A stretch of DNA of 64,000 nucleotides from Polyangiaceae bacterium (GTDB lineage Bacteria > Myxococcota_A > Polyangia > Polyangiales > Polyangiaceae): the NCBI GenBank assembly GCA_965222375.1, contig CBDCTZ010000016.1, positions 2,496,001-2,560,000 of the forward strand. Reading direction: 5' to 3'. Shown here in pieces: positions 26,674-39,048 of the stretch (position 1 is its first letter; every line of letters starts with the position of its first letter). A program made the position numbers and the translations under genes. The notes beneath the pieces were generated by a model. That model did no database searches. It saw only the letters and a program-made list of their open reading frames with translations, and had not been told where the DNA came from.

Positions 26674-29205
26674 CTAAGGCGTCACGCTCATGCTCCCGAG
26701 CGCTCCGGCGCTGAACGTGAGGCCTGCGTTCGAGCCGGCGCCGTCGCTATCGCAGTAGGTCCAGGTCATGCCGCTGTCGACGCTCATGCGGTAGGTGTAG
26801 GCGTAGCTCTTGGCGCCGGAGATCGGGGGACCAGTGAATCTTGCGCTGTATTCGTCGTCGTTGCCGACTTGCACGTTGTAGGCGGCGTCCATGAAGGCCC
26901 AGGACGTTTGGGTCGAAGGATCGCTACCGACTAGGCCATAGCCGAGCTGGGCACGCACGGTGGAGTGCGCACCGGCCGCCTCGGTCACACCGGATTCGAA
27001 GACGCGGCCATAGACGAGGGCGCTCGGAGCTCCGGAGGTCACGGCTAGGTTGGTGGGGGACTGCAGGTTGCAGTAGTCGGCTTCTGTGGCTGCACCGGTT
27101 TCGTTTTGAGTATCTGCGGGGCAGGGGCAGTAGGCGGGCGCGGCGGCGGTGTTGCGGGGGATAGGTGTGGCGACGACGAAGTCGGTGGAATTGTCGTCGG
27201 CATCGGCGCAGCCGGCGACGTCGCGGAGGGCACCTCTGGTGTTGGAGAGGTTTGCCGTGCTGCCGCTGCCTTCGAAGCAGTTGGCGTTGTTGCCGTAGCC
27301 GACGAAGTCGACCAGGGGCGGGGAAGTCAGGGTTGGACAGGTGCCACTGAGCGCCGCGGTGCTTGCGACCAACGCGACCTTGGCGGCGGTTCCGGCCATG
27401 GATTGGGTGCCGATCTGGTCCGGGGTGGGCAGCGGCGAGCCCGTGCTACCGCCGGCCATGCGCAGCAAGAAGTAGCCGCCGGCGGGGATGCTGCCGGACA
27501 GGGGAGTTACGCTCCAATTGCTGCCGGTCGAGGAGGCGTACTGCACGGACCAGCCGCTCAGGTTGACGCTGCTGCTCGTGCGGTTGTGCAGCTCTACGAA
27601 GTCGTGGGTGAAGGCCGCGCCGGAGTTGCCGCCGCCGCCGTAGACCTGGCTGATGACGATGTCACCCATGCATGCGGCGGGGAAGGGCGTGGAGAAGCCC
27701 GTGGTGGATGTGTATTGGGATGCCATGGCGACGCCGGCACTGTCCGTCGCCGTAGTGGTGACGCGGATCTTGTAGGTCAGGCCGTAGGCGAGAGGCGCGG
27801 CGGGGGTCAGGCTGGCCGTGGTGTTTCCGCCGGACATGACGGCGGCGGCTTGGCTCATGCCGATGCAACTCGAAAAGTCGTCCGAGGAAACTTGGATCGA
27901 GCCGCTGCAGCTGCCCGACGCGGTCTGCGCGGATAGGGTAGCCGGGTTCATCGCCTCGCTGAAGGTGGCACTGATCCCGGTGCTGATGGCAATGCCATTC
28001 GCACCGTCTGCGGGAACCGTCGATGTGACGGTGGGCGCGCATTGGTTGTTGGTGCAGGTGCCGCCGCCACAGGTCGTGGCGGAGTTGCACTCGACGCAAC
28101 TCCCCGCGCCATCGCAGAACTTTCCGCCGGATTCAGTGCAGGTCTTGGTTTGGTTTTCCGGCGGATTGGAAGGCGTGCCGGCGGTGCACAGGTCTTGGGT
28201 GCATTCCTTGCCGTCCACGATCGGATCCGTGTCCAAGTTGATGCTGCCGATGTTGCCGCTGCCGTCGCAGACAGCTTGCTTGCAGTCCCCGGCGGTTTGG
28301 CTAGCCAGGGGCGTGTTCGCGGGGGTGAAGCTCAGACCGCAGACGTTGGCAGTGCATGTGCGCTTCTTGCACTCGTCGTCGTTGCCGGGGCAGTCAGTCG
28401 GGGCGTTGCAGCCCACGCACTTTCCCGCGGCGTTGCACACGCCGGAGGCTCCGCACTTCGTGCCAGGGCTCTTGGGTGTGTTGGCGGGCGTGCCGGCGCT
28501 GCAGCTGTCGTCTGTGCAGGGGTTGCTGTCGTCGGGCAGATCCGAGTCGTCGTTGACGGACGTGATGTTGCCGGAGCCGTCACACTGCGCCTTCTTGCAG
28601 TCACCAGCGGTCTGAGCGGTCACGGGCGTTCCGGCGGCGCTGAATCCCGTCCCGCACACCCCGCCGGTGCATGTGCGCTGTTTGCACTCGTCGTCGGTGC
28701 CTGGGCAATCGTTGGGCGCGAGGCACTGCACACACTGGCCGCTCGTGTCGCACAGGCCTGCCGTGCACTTGGTCCCGCTCAGTTTGTTGTTGTGAGCGGG
28801 GGTGCCCGCGTTGCACACGTCATCGGTGCATTCGTTGGAGTCGTCCTCGATGTCTGTGTCGTCGTTGACGCTGGCGCTGTTGCCGTTGCCATCGCACTCG
28901 GCGCGCTTGCAGTCGCCCGGGGTCTGGGTGACGAGGGGCGTACCCGCCGGCGTGGGCGCGGCGCCGCACACTTGGCTTTCGCAGGTGGCCTGCTGGCACT
29001 CGTTCTGGGGCGGCGCGCAATCCGAAGGCGAGGAACAGCCGCCACTTCCCGCGCTGCCCGCTTGCCCGCCGGAGCCACCGAACCCCCCACTGCCACCCAC
29101 GCCGGCGGCGTTGCCCGTGCCGCCGCCGCCGGAGCCGCCCACCCCGCATGCCGAGCTCACCAGGACGCCCGCCCCGATCGCCAGCTGAATCGCCAAGGAA
29201 CGCAT
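26674..29205 (-). CDS. Cys-rich repeat lipoprotein with bacterial Ig-like and lamin-tail domains
   Basis: Lipobox SSAC; repeated QTxGDCKxxxCDGxG...DDxNxCTDDxC units; PTVTSTVPADGA...FSEAM (Ig-like); VISQVYGGGGNSGA...DFVELHN (lamin tail). Confidence 0.88.
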   Translation of the reverse strand: MRSLAIQLAIGAGVLVSSACGVGGSGGGGTGNAAGVGGSGGFGGSGGQAGSAGSGGCSSPSDCAPPQNECQQATCESQVCGAAPTPAGTPLVTQTPGDCKRAECDGNGNSASVNDDTDIEDDSNECTDDVCNAGTPAHNNKLSGTKCTAGLCDTSGQCVQCLAPNDCPGTDDECKQRTCTGGVCGTGFSAAGTPVTAQTAGDCKKAQCDGSGNITSVNDDSDLPDDSNPCTDDSCSAGTPANTPKSPGTKCGASGVCNAAGKCVGCNAPTDCPGNDDECKKRTCTANVCGLSFTPANTPLASQTAGDCKQAVCDGSGNIGSINLDTDPIVDGKECTQDLCTAGTPSNPPENQTKTCTESGGKFCDGAGSCVECNSATTCGGGTCTNNQCAPTVTSTVPADGANGIAISTGISATFSEAMNPATLSAQTASGSCSGSIQVSSDDFSSCIGMSQAAAVMSGGNTTASLTPAAPLAYGLTYKIRVTTTATDSAGVAMASQYTSTTGFSTPFPAACMGDIVISQVYGGGGNSGAAFTHDFVELHNRTSSSVNLSGWSVQYASSTGSNWSVTPLSGSIPAGGYFLLRMAGGSTGSPLPTPDQIGTQSMAGTAAKVALVASTAALSGTCPTLTSPPLVDFVGYGNNANCFEGSGSTANLSNTRGALRDVAGCADADDNSTDFVVATPIPRNTAAAPAYCPCPADTQNETGAATEADYCNLQSPTNLAVTSGAPSALVYGRVFESGVTEAAGAHSTVRAQLGYGLVGSDPSTQTSWAFMDAAYNVQVGNDDEYSARFTGPPISGAKSYAYTYRMSVDSGMTWTYCDSDGAGSNAGLTFSAGALGSMSVTP

Positions 29206-29347
29206 GGCGCGGAACCTAGCGCATGCCGAGGCCCTCGGCAGCCAGGGGCGGAGCCCCGGGATTTTCGTCGGAAATCCCGAGCCGGCGTTCGTCGGCCGGC
29301 ACTTTCTTGGCGCTTCGTGGCCCCGGGCCGAGCCGTGGAAACCCTGC

Positions 29348-31093
29348 CTACTTGAGGGTCTTTTCGAAGGCGCAGGCAGTCTTGTGGCCGCGCGTGCACG
29401 CCATCTTGAAGCGCGATTTCGCTGCCTTAGCGCCCGTCGCGCCCTCCATCAATCCGGCTAGCACGCAGTCCGGTGGTGAGCCCTTAACGCATGCTTGGAC
29501 TGCCGCATTCTTTTCTTGCGGCTTGAACATGATGGTCTTCTTCTCGCCGAATGCGACCACCAACGCGGCGCAACCTAGCTTCTCTTGCCGACTGCACGCC
29601 ATCTTGAAACTGCGCTTGGCGCTGTCCGGGTTGCTCGCGAGGTCCAAGCGGCCCAGGTGGAAACAGCCCAGGGCCTTGCCGCTGTAGCACGCACGGCGAT
29701 ACAGCATGCTGGCGCGAATGGGGTTCTTGCCGAAACCCTTTTCGCCCGAGTCGTAGGCGTTTGCCACCGGAATGCAGCTTGCGGCCACGCCGCCGTGGCA
29801 GGCCCGCTCATGCAGCTTCAGGGCTTTCGTGGCGTCTGTCGCCATCATCGCCTTGCCGGCTTCTGCGCAGCTCTTGGGGTCACCGCCGGCGCAGCCCTTG
29901 CTGAACGCGGCCTGCGCCGCCGCAGCGTCGTCTTTCAGCGTGCGGCCCAAGACGGTGCAGCCCTCAGCGGCGCCAAGTTGGCATGCACGCTCTGCCGTCG
30001 ACCTGGCCTTGGCTGGGTCAGCCGTGATGTTCTTGCCGCTCAGGAGCTCAGCCGCAAACCAGGCGCAGGCGAGGCCGTCGTCTCCTTGGCACGCCTTGTC
30101 GAGGAGCGCGACGGCGGTCTTCGGGTCTTTGCGCCCGATGAGCTTGGCCAAGCTTCGGCAGCTGCCCGAGTGACCCTTGTCGCATTGCGCTTTGCAGCCA
30201 CTCTCGTCGCCGGGCTTGCATTGGTAAGCTGCTTCGGCGCTGGGCTTGCCGCACTTGCCTTCGACCAGCACTAGGCCTTCCGGGCAGCGTGCTTCTTCCG
30301 CGGCGGCGGGCGCTGCGGCCTCGGCGGCCTTTTGTTCCGGCGCGATCGGTGTCAGCACCAGGCGGATGGCCGCACCACATTGGGCCGGGGGAGTCGCGTC
30401 GTCGGGTTTGGCGCCCTTGCACGCGTTCGGATCGCCGTCTTGGTTTTTGGTTTCCCGCTTGCTCGAGCTCTTGGTGCTCGCCCCGGCTCCGAAGAGCTCG
30501 GCGGCAGCAGCCACTTTGGCGCTCGTGCCTGTGGACAGCACGAACGCGCCAACGGTCGCGGCGCGCACGATGTGGGTCGCGCCATCGCACTGGCCCTGGA
30601 GATCCTTCTTCGTCGGCGCCTGCCAGGTGGTGCGGTGCTTCCCGACCATGACGATGCCCACGTCCAGCGCCGAGCCGCGCTGCATCTCGCCGCCCAAGGT
30701 GGCGCCGGACAGGGGCAGATTGGCGCGCACCTCGTCGGCGTCAGAAAGGCGCACCACTTGCTCGCGTCGGGTCATGGCGATGTAGCCGTACTCGCCACTC
30801 AGCTTGCAGTCTCCGAGCACCTTCATGCCCTTGCAGTCGTATTGCACCACCGCGATGCCGTCCTTCATGGCGACTTCCAGGTCGCCGCGCTGCTCGGGCT
30901 TCCAATCCACGACCAGGGGTTCGGCGCCTTTGCTGACATCCCTGCAGTCGACAGGCTCTTCGCCCAAGGCGTCCTCGGCGGTCTTGGCTTCTGGGCGCAC
31001 GGTCTGAGCGGCGCCACCGGGCCCGCAGCTCGCGAGCAACGCGGGTAGGACGAACAGTGCACAGCCGGATACAAACAGTTGGCGATCGATCAT
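29348..31093 (-). CDS. Sel1-like/Cys-repeat lipoprotein
   Basis: Lipobox LASC; multiple KACxxG...xC helical repeats in the C-terminal half. Confidence 0.82.
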   Translation of the reverse strand: MIDRQLFVSGCALFVLPALLASCGPGGAAQTVRPEAKTAEDALGEEPVDCRDVSKGAEPLVVDWKPEQRGDLEVAMKDGIAVVQYDCKGMKVLGDCKLSGEYGYIAMTRREQVVRLSDADEVRANLPLSGATLGGEMQRGSALDVGIVMVGKHRTTWQAPTKKDLQGQCDGATHIVRAATVGAFVLSTGTSAKVAAAAELFGAGASTKSSSKRETKNQDGDPNACKGAKPDDATPPAQCGAAIRLVLTPIAPEQKAAEAAAPAAAEEARCPEGLVLVEGKCGKPSAEAAYQCKPGDESGCKAQCDKGHSGSCRSLAKLIGRKDPKTAVALLDKACQGDDGLACAWFAAELLSGKNITADPAKARSTAERACQLGAAEGCTVLGRTLKDDAAAAQAAFSKGCAGGDPKSCAEAGKAMMATDATKALKLHERACHGGVAASCIPVANAYDSGEKGFGKNPIRASMLYRRACYSGKALGCFHLGRLDLASNPDSAKRSFKMACSRQEKLGCAALVVAFGEKKTIMFKPQEKNAAVQACVKGSPPDCVLAGLMEGATGAKAAKSRFKMACTRGHKTACAFEKTLK

Positions 31094-31175
31094 CGGTCTC
31101 TCCTGCGGCGGGTGTTAGCGAGGATCCCGCGCAGGAGCAACGGTGGCGCAACCGCGGCACTTACAGTTGCCAGTG

Positions 31176-34386
<3,211 letters not shown>

Positions 34387-34660
34387 GCACTCAGCGTGCC
34401 GCCAGTGCGCCCGGGGTGCAAGGACCGGGGCGCCGCGGGCGCACTGGCGGCTCGCGTCTGAGGTCCAGTCTCGCGTGTGGGTTTTGGGGGTCGGTGCGCC
34501 ACACTTCTCGTCGCTCCGGCTGTCAAGGCTGGGCCTCATGGAGCAGCCCAGCTCGGCCAAGCGGATCCAGTGATCGCGAGTGCCAGGCCATGCGCACAGA
34601 GGGTGGGCGCGGCCGAGGCGCTGGATCGGCCAAGCAGATCCATTTTCCACTTGGTCGACT

Positions 34661-34850
34661 TCATGTGGTTGTTTCCTGGTAGTTGTTGCTCTTGCGTGAT
34701 CGCTTCGAGCGCTTTGGGTTGCGGTAGGTCTCGCCGACGAGGCTCAGGACATATGCGTCGTGGAGAAGCCGGTTCATGGCTGCGCTGGCGAGCAGGGTGT
34801 CACCGAAGAGCTCGGCGAGCTCCTCGGTGTTTCGATTCGAGGGCACTCGT
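34661..34850 (-). pseudogene. istB: IS21-family IstB ATPase, C-terminal remnant
   Basis: SNR...ELFGDTLLASAAMNRLLHDAYVLSLVGETYR resembles the IstB C-terminus; N-terminus and istA are absent. Confidence 0.8.
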
Positions 34851-34875
34851 ATTGAATTGGGAGGTCGCGCGAGTT

Positions 34876-35451
34876 TCATGTCTCGGGCGGCAAGCGAATG
34901 GCCAGCGGCTCGCCACCGTAACGCGTGAAGGTCACCACGCCGGCACCCAAGTCCCAGGTAGCCTTGTTCAGCGCACGGAACGGCGTCACTTTGACGGTAT
35001 GGGCCTTGGCCGATCCTGCGGAATGGAGGCCGATACTCCCATTCAACTCGAATGCCGCGAATTGCTTGTCGGGCGAAACGAAGGTCTGACCTACACGACG
35101 CGCCACGGGTTTCTTGGCGTAGAGCAATTGCGAATAGTGAGCCACGGCTTCGAAGCCTCCCGAACGGACTGTGTAGCTCTGCTTGGCATAGGCACCAGCT
35201 ATCGGTCTCACGGCCCCGTAGCTACGGGGTCGCCACGCGGAATTTGGAGGTGGTAGGGGTTGAGTCGCGCTCAACGGCGCCGTGGCTGGCACGGCGACAG
35301 AAGCGGGTGCTGTCGGGTTCTTGCGAGCGGCCTTGGCGCTGGCGAGACTACCAAGTTCCGCTTCTGCGATTGGCGCACTCAAGCGTTCTGCACTGTTGTC
35401 GCAACCAGTCGCGCAGGCAAGAACCGCCCCGATGAGTGCTGGGGACGACAT
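34876..35451 (-). CDS. Hypothetical lipoprotein
   Basis: MSSPALIGAVLACATGC lipobox-like start; lies between the two IS remnants; start could be 35475. Confidence 0.55.
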   Translation of the reverse strand: MSSPALIGAVLACATGCDNSAERLSAPIAEAELGSLASAKAARKNPTAPASVAVPATAPLSATQPLPPPNSAWRPRSYGAVRPIAGAYAKQSYTVRSGGFEAVAHYSQLLYAKKPVARRVGQTFVSPDKQFAAFELNGSIGLHSAGSAKAHTVKVTPFRALNKATWDLGAGVVTFTRYGGEPLAIRLPPET

Positions 35452-35520
35452 TTTCAATAGAGATTGTGCTTTCATGCCATCGTGGCTCGAGGGCCGAGCC
35501 TGCATCCCCCGGCTCCCCGT

Positions 35521-35760
35521 GGAATGTCCCTCCCGCCGTTGATCACGGAAGTGGCGGTCTTGTCGCTTTGATGTTCATGCAGCTTGTCCTTGGTGGTCAA
35601 CGCGGGTGGTTTGTTCAGGTCCCCGAAGCGCGACAACGAGCTTCGGAATGCGTAGCCGCGCAGTTTCCTGAAGCCGCGGGAGGCTTCCAAGATCGAAGTG
35701 GCGACCCAGCGGTGCACCATCGTACCGTCGCGCCAGCGTTTCACGTTGCGCGTACTTCGA
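35521..35760 (-). mobile_element. IS256-family remnant (transposase C-terminus plus right end)
   Basis: RNVKRWRDGTMVHRWVATSILEASRGFRKLRGY; terminal sequence ...tcaacggcgggagggacattcc resembles an IS256 end. Confidence 0.75.
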
Positions 35761-35809
35761 CAAGGTGGATTTGGAACGAGTGGGGTTTCCTTGGCGCTGC
35801 CGCAGCGCC

Positions 35810-38800
35810 TTAGCGGGGCTCGAACCAGGAGTTGGGCTTGGTGGCCACGAAGGGCGAGATACCGCTCGTGCGTAGATAGGTTCCATTGCCGAGGCTCACC
35901 AACACAATGTCCCTGTTGGCTCCCAAGTTTAGGGAGACTTCGGGATGGGTTGCCAGGGGGGTTCGGTACAGCTCTTCCCCCGTGTTGGCATCCAAAATCA
36001 AGAACATGCGCTTCTCATTGCGCACGGTAGTGGTTTCTTCTGTGGTGCGCAGAAACATGCGCGTGGTGGCCTCGTTGACCCGGTCGCCGTCTTGCGGCCG
36101 CAATGCGAGCCAAGTAGCACTGGGGACCTCGTACACGGTGTCGGCATCGCTGACAAGGGCGACGAGGGCGACCTCTTCGCCGATGGCGCGCACTTCGAAG
36201 ACAAGAGCATCGCTGGTTTTGACATTGGTCAGGGTGATCTCTTTGCTGCTCGTCGAGTCACGAAGGAGATAGCGTTCAGGATCGAGAACGACCGGTTCGC
36301 CCGCCGGCAAGGTGATGTCGTCGCGCTCGACAGCGCCGTTGCGCAAGATGGTGACTTGCAAAGCGGGGCTGATACCCGAGTCCCCGTAGCCCATGCTGTG
36401 AATCTTCACCGATAGCTCTCCGTCTCGAGTGGGGCGCAGGTGGAATTTGCCGAAGAAGCCCTGTCCATCCGGGTTGGTGAGGCCCATGTGCAAGTCTTGT
36501 CTAACCGCGTCGGCGCAATTGTTCTTGCCATGGGCTACCCCTAAAGATGCACCAGCTAGGATGGGCAAGAGCTGTTTCTCGTACAGGCCATTGCCCAACA
36601 AGTAGGGGTAGTGTTCTACCGAGATGTCGCTCTGGTGGTGGGGCACGATTCCCGACAGGCCACAGGCCAAATCCCAGCCGATATCGATCCATCTTGGATC
36701 GCCGGTGACTTGGTAGCCGAACTGAACCGCGGCGCCGCGGGTGATCTTCTTGACCCCGCCCCAGGGCATGTCGGGAAAGCCGGCGTTTTGCAGATCGGTG
36801 AGGAGGATCGCTTGGGCATCTTCTAAGCCCCACTGTCCATCTGGATCGCGCAATCCTTCCCAACTGGCATCCCATGTGAGCGTCCCCCAGTCCTCCGCTT
36901 GCCAGCGAGCGATGGTGCGCAGCAGTCCTTGGTACAGATAGCCTTGTGGGTTTCGAAAGCTCTGGTAATCCGGGTGGTATTCCCGGCCGAGAGCTAAGAG
37001 GGTCCACTCCTGCGCGAGCTCCTTGATTCGCGGATCCCAGGTAGCCTCGTACATTTCGTGCAAGACTCGCAGTCCGTTGTACAGTTCGCGTCCCCAACTC
37101 CGTTTTCCCGCTGGCTTGCTGAGGGCGTGGTTTGCGTGAAAATCGATGACCCGGTCGAGGACTTCTCGAGTTCGAAGGTCACCGCTTAGATGCAAGAAGT
37201 GGCGTAGAAAGTGAATTTTGGGGGCTTTGGACAATCCTCCGGCGTACCAAGGGAAGGGGGCGATGGCTGCAGCTCCCATGTATCCGGGGGAGGCACCGTC
37301 GCGGGTGGTGTAGTGATTGGTGCCGACATCCATGTGGTACCGAGAGAGGATTTCGCCCTCTTCGTACAAGCTGCGGTCGCCGCCGCGGATAAACAGGATC
37401 CAGGGAATGACTTGTTGGCTGTACTGGGCGTTGTCGAACCAGCGGTACAATCCCGATTCGGGCGGCGCGCCCCAGCGGACCATGCCGAATCGCCAAAAGC
37501 CGTAGTAGTGGCCACCTTTGGGGCGAACGGAAACGATCTTGCCCAGGCTGTCGAGGGCGGTTTCGATGACCTCGGGCAGGGTGCCTATGGGGGCGATGTC
37601 GAGCCCTTGGATAGGAATTTTGGTGGCGTGTTTGGGATCTTGCCGGGCGATCACTGGGTGCTGGACGATGGAGTTGAGCTCGGCGGGGTGGAGGGCGCTA
37701 TCGCTATCGTAGAACTGCACAGCAAACTCGTGGGTGCGGGCGGCGCCTTCGGCGGTGTGCTCAAAATAGGGGTTGTTGACGTACTCATGCTCTGCATGCC
37801 CTAGGCCCTGTGACCACTCGTGGTTTTCCCAGTAGTCGGAAAAGTACAGTTCGTCGGGCATGATGTCGCTGTAGCGAAAGGCCATGCGGGGGGCGCTTTG
37901 TGGCCATAGGGAGACGCGCATGGTGTGTTCTTGAAAGGAAAACTCGGTGGGGTACGTCTGCCAAGCGTGTCGCAGGGCCACGGCGACGCCGGTGCCAGTA
38001 TCGCGTTCCGCCGCCGCCCACCCGGCGAGATGGGTTGCACTATCGGCGAGGGCGTCGCCCACGTAGACGCTCAGGCCATCGACCTCGAGCTGGCTGGCGC
38101 GGATGGGAGCGGTGGTCCCATACGAAAAATGGTCGGAAGAATTTTCTCCGTATCCAACGCGAAAAGTAGAGGCATCGGGGGCGGGAATGTCGATGGCCCA
38201 TAGAGAAGAGCCGTGGTTGGGATTTCGGACCATCCAGGTAACGGTGTGAAACACGTTGAACCAGTCTCTGTCCTTGTAGAATTCGTAGCGCAGGTCGAGC
38301 TTGGCGATGGTTGTTTTTCCCGCGGTGCGGAAGAAGCCCGAGCTGCGCACCAGGACGCTGTCGCCCTCGTCGCGAACGACCTCGGTGGTCCAGTCCGCAA
38401 GCTGGGTCGGCTCCCTGGCGATGCCGTCGTCCGAGTCCAAGACTAGCGTGGCGGCCGGATAGGTGGTGGTGCCAACGCGGGCGCTTTGGTAGAGGCTGGG
38501 ATTCTGCTTGGAAAGGACGACCTCGACCTTGCCGGTATCAATGGTCAGAGAGCTGTCGTCGCTTTGGAGCATGCTGGGCGGGTCATTGGCCGGTGCCAGC
38601 TCTTTCCAGTGAAAGGCGTAACGCTCCTCTTCGCTGGCGACAAAGCGCAAGACCGCGTGTTTGACGAAGCGCTTTTGCGCCGACCACCAGGCGATGACCT
38701 CGGCCTTGTAGGGCACCGACTGTCCCTGGCCATCTCGCAAATCGCCGGCGACCTGTCCTTCCATGTCGCCCTCTAGGAACGTGATGCCGACGGCGGTGTG

Positions 38801-38986
38801 CTGGCTGGGCGCGGTGAAAAAACGCTGGGCCGACAAGATGTCGATGTCGATGGCGATGACGTCGGGGTTGGCATCGCTTTTGTCCGGGCCGGGACCGGGA
38901 CCGCTGCCAATGATCCCGTCGGTACAGCTACAGAGCAGGCACACAAGCAGGATCGATCGAAGAGTGTTGGCGGGTTGGCAACGCAT
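35810..38986 (-). CDS. Large lipoprotein resembling PcRGLX/YetA (PL26-like) exo-rhamnogalacturonan lyase architecture
   Basis: Lipobox LCSC; LRDGQGQSVP...IAWW...VKHAVLRF, IDTGKVEV, AWQTYP, YGFWRFG segments; activity unproven. Confidence 0.6.
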   Translation of the reverse strand: MRCQPANTLRSILLVCLLCSCTDGIIGSGPGPGPDKSDANPDVIAIDIDILSAQRFFTAPSQHTAVGITFLEGDMEGQVAGDLRDGQGQSVPYKAEVIAWWSAQKRFVKHAVLRFVASEEERYAFHWKELAPANDPPSMLQSDDSSLTIDTGKVEVVLSKQNPSLYQSARVGTTTYPAATLVLDSDDGIAREPTQLADWTTEVVRDEGDSVLVRSSGFFRTAGKTTIAKLDLRYEFYKDRDWFNVFHTVTWMVRNPNHGSSLWAIDIPAPDASTFRVGYGENSSDHFSYGTTAPIRASQLEVDGLSVYVGDALADSATHLAGWAAAERDTGTGVAVALRHAWQTYPTEFSFQEHTMRVSLWPQSAPRMAFRYSDIMPDELYFSDYWENHEWSQGLGHAEHEYVNNPYFEHTAEGAARTHEFAVQFYDSDSALHPAELNSIVQHPVIARQDPKHATKIPIQGLDIAPIGTLPEVIETALDSLGKIVSVRPKGGHYYGFWRFGMVRWGAPPESGLYRWFDNAQYSQQVIPWILFIRGGDRSLYEEGEILSRYHMDVGTNHYTTRDGASPGYMGAAAIAPFPWYAGGLSKAPKIHFLRHFLHLSGDLRTREVLDRVIDFHANHALSKPAGKRSWGRELYNGLRVLHEMYEATWDPRIKELAQEWTLLALGREYHPDYQSFRNPQGYLYQGLLRTIARWQAEDWGTLTWDASWEGLRDPDGQWGLEDAQAILLTDLQNAGFPDMPWGGVKKITRGAAVQFGYQVTGDPRWIDIGWDLACGLSGIVPHHQSDISVEHYPYLLGNGLYEKQLLPILAGASLGVAHGKNNCADAVRQDLHMGLTNPDGQGFFGKFHLRPTRDGELSVKIHSMGYGDSGISPALQVTILRNGAVERDDITLPAGEPVVLDPERYLLRDSTSSKEITLTNVKTSDALVFEVRAIGEEVALVALVSDADTVYEVPSATWLALRPQDGDRVNEATTRMFLRTTEETTTVRNEKRMFLILDANTGEELYRTPLATHPEVSLNLGANRDIVLVSLGNGTYLRTSGISPFVATKPNSWFEPR

Positions 38987-39048
38987 CGTTGGTGAAGGTG
39001 GAATGGGATGAAGGTCTCGATGTCGACGAGGCAAGCCTGCCGGAGTGA

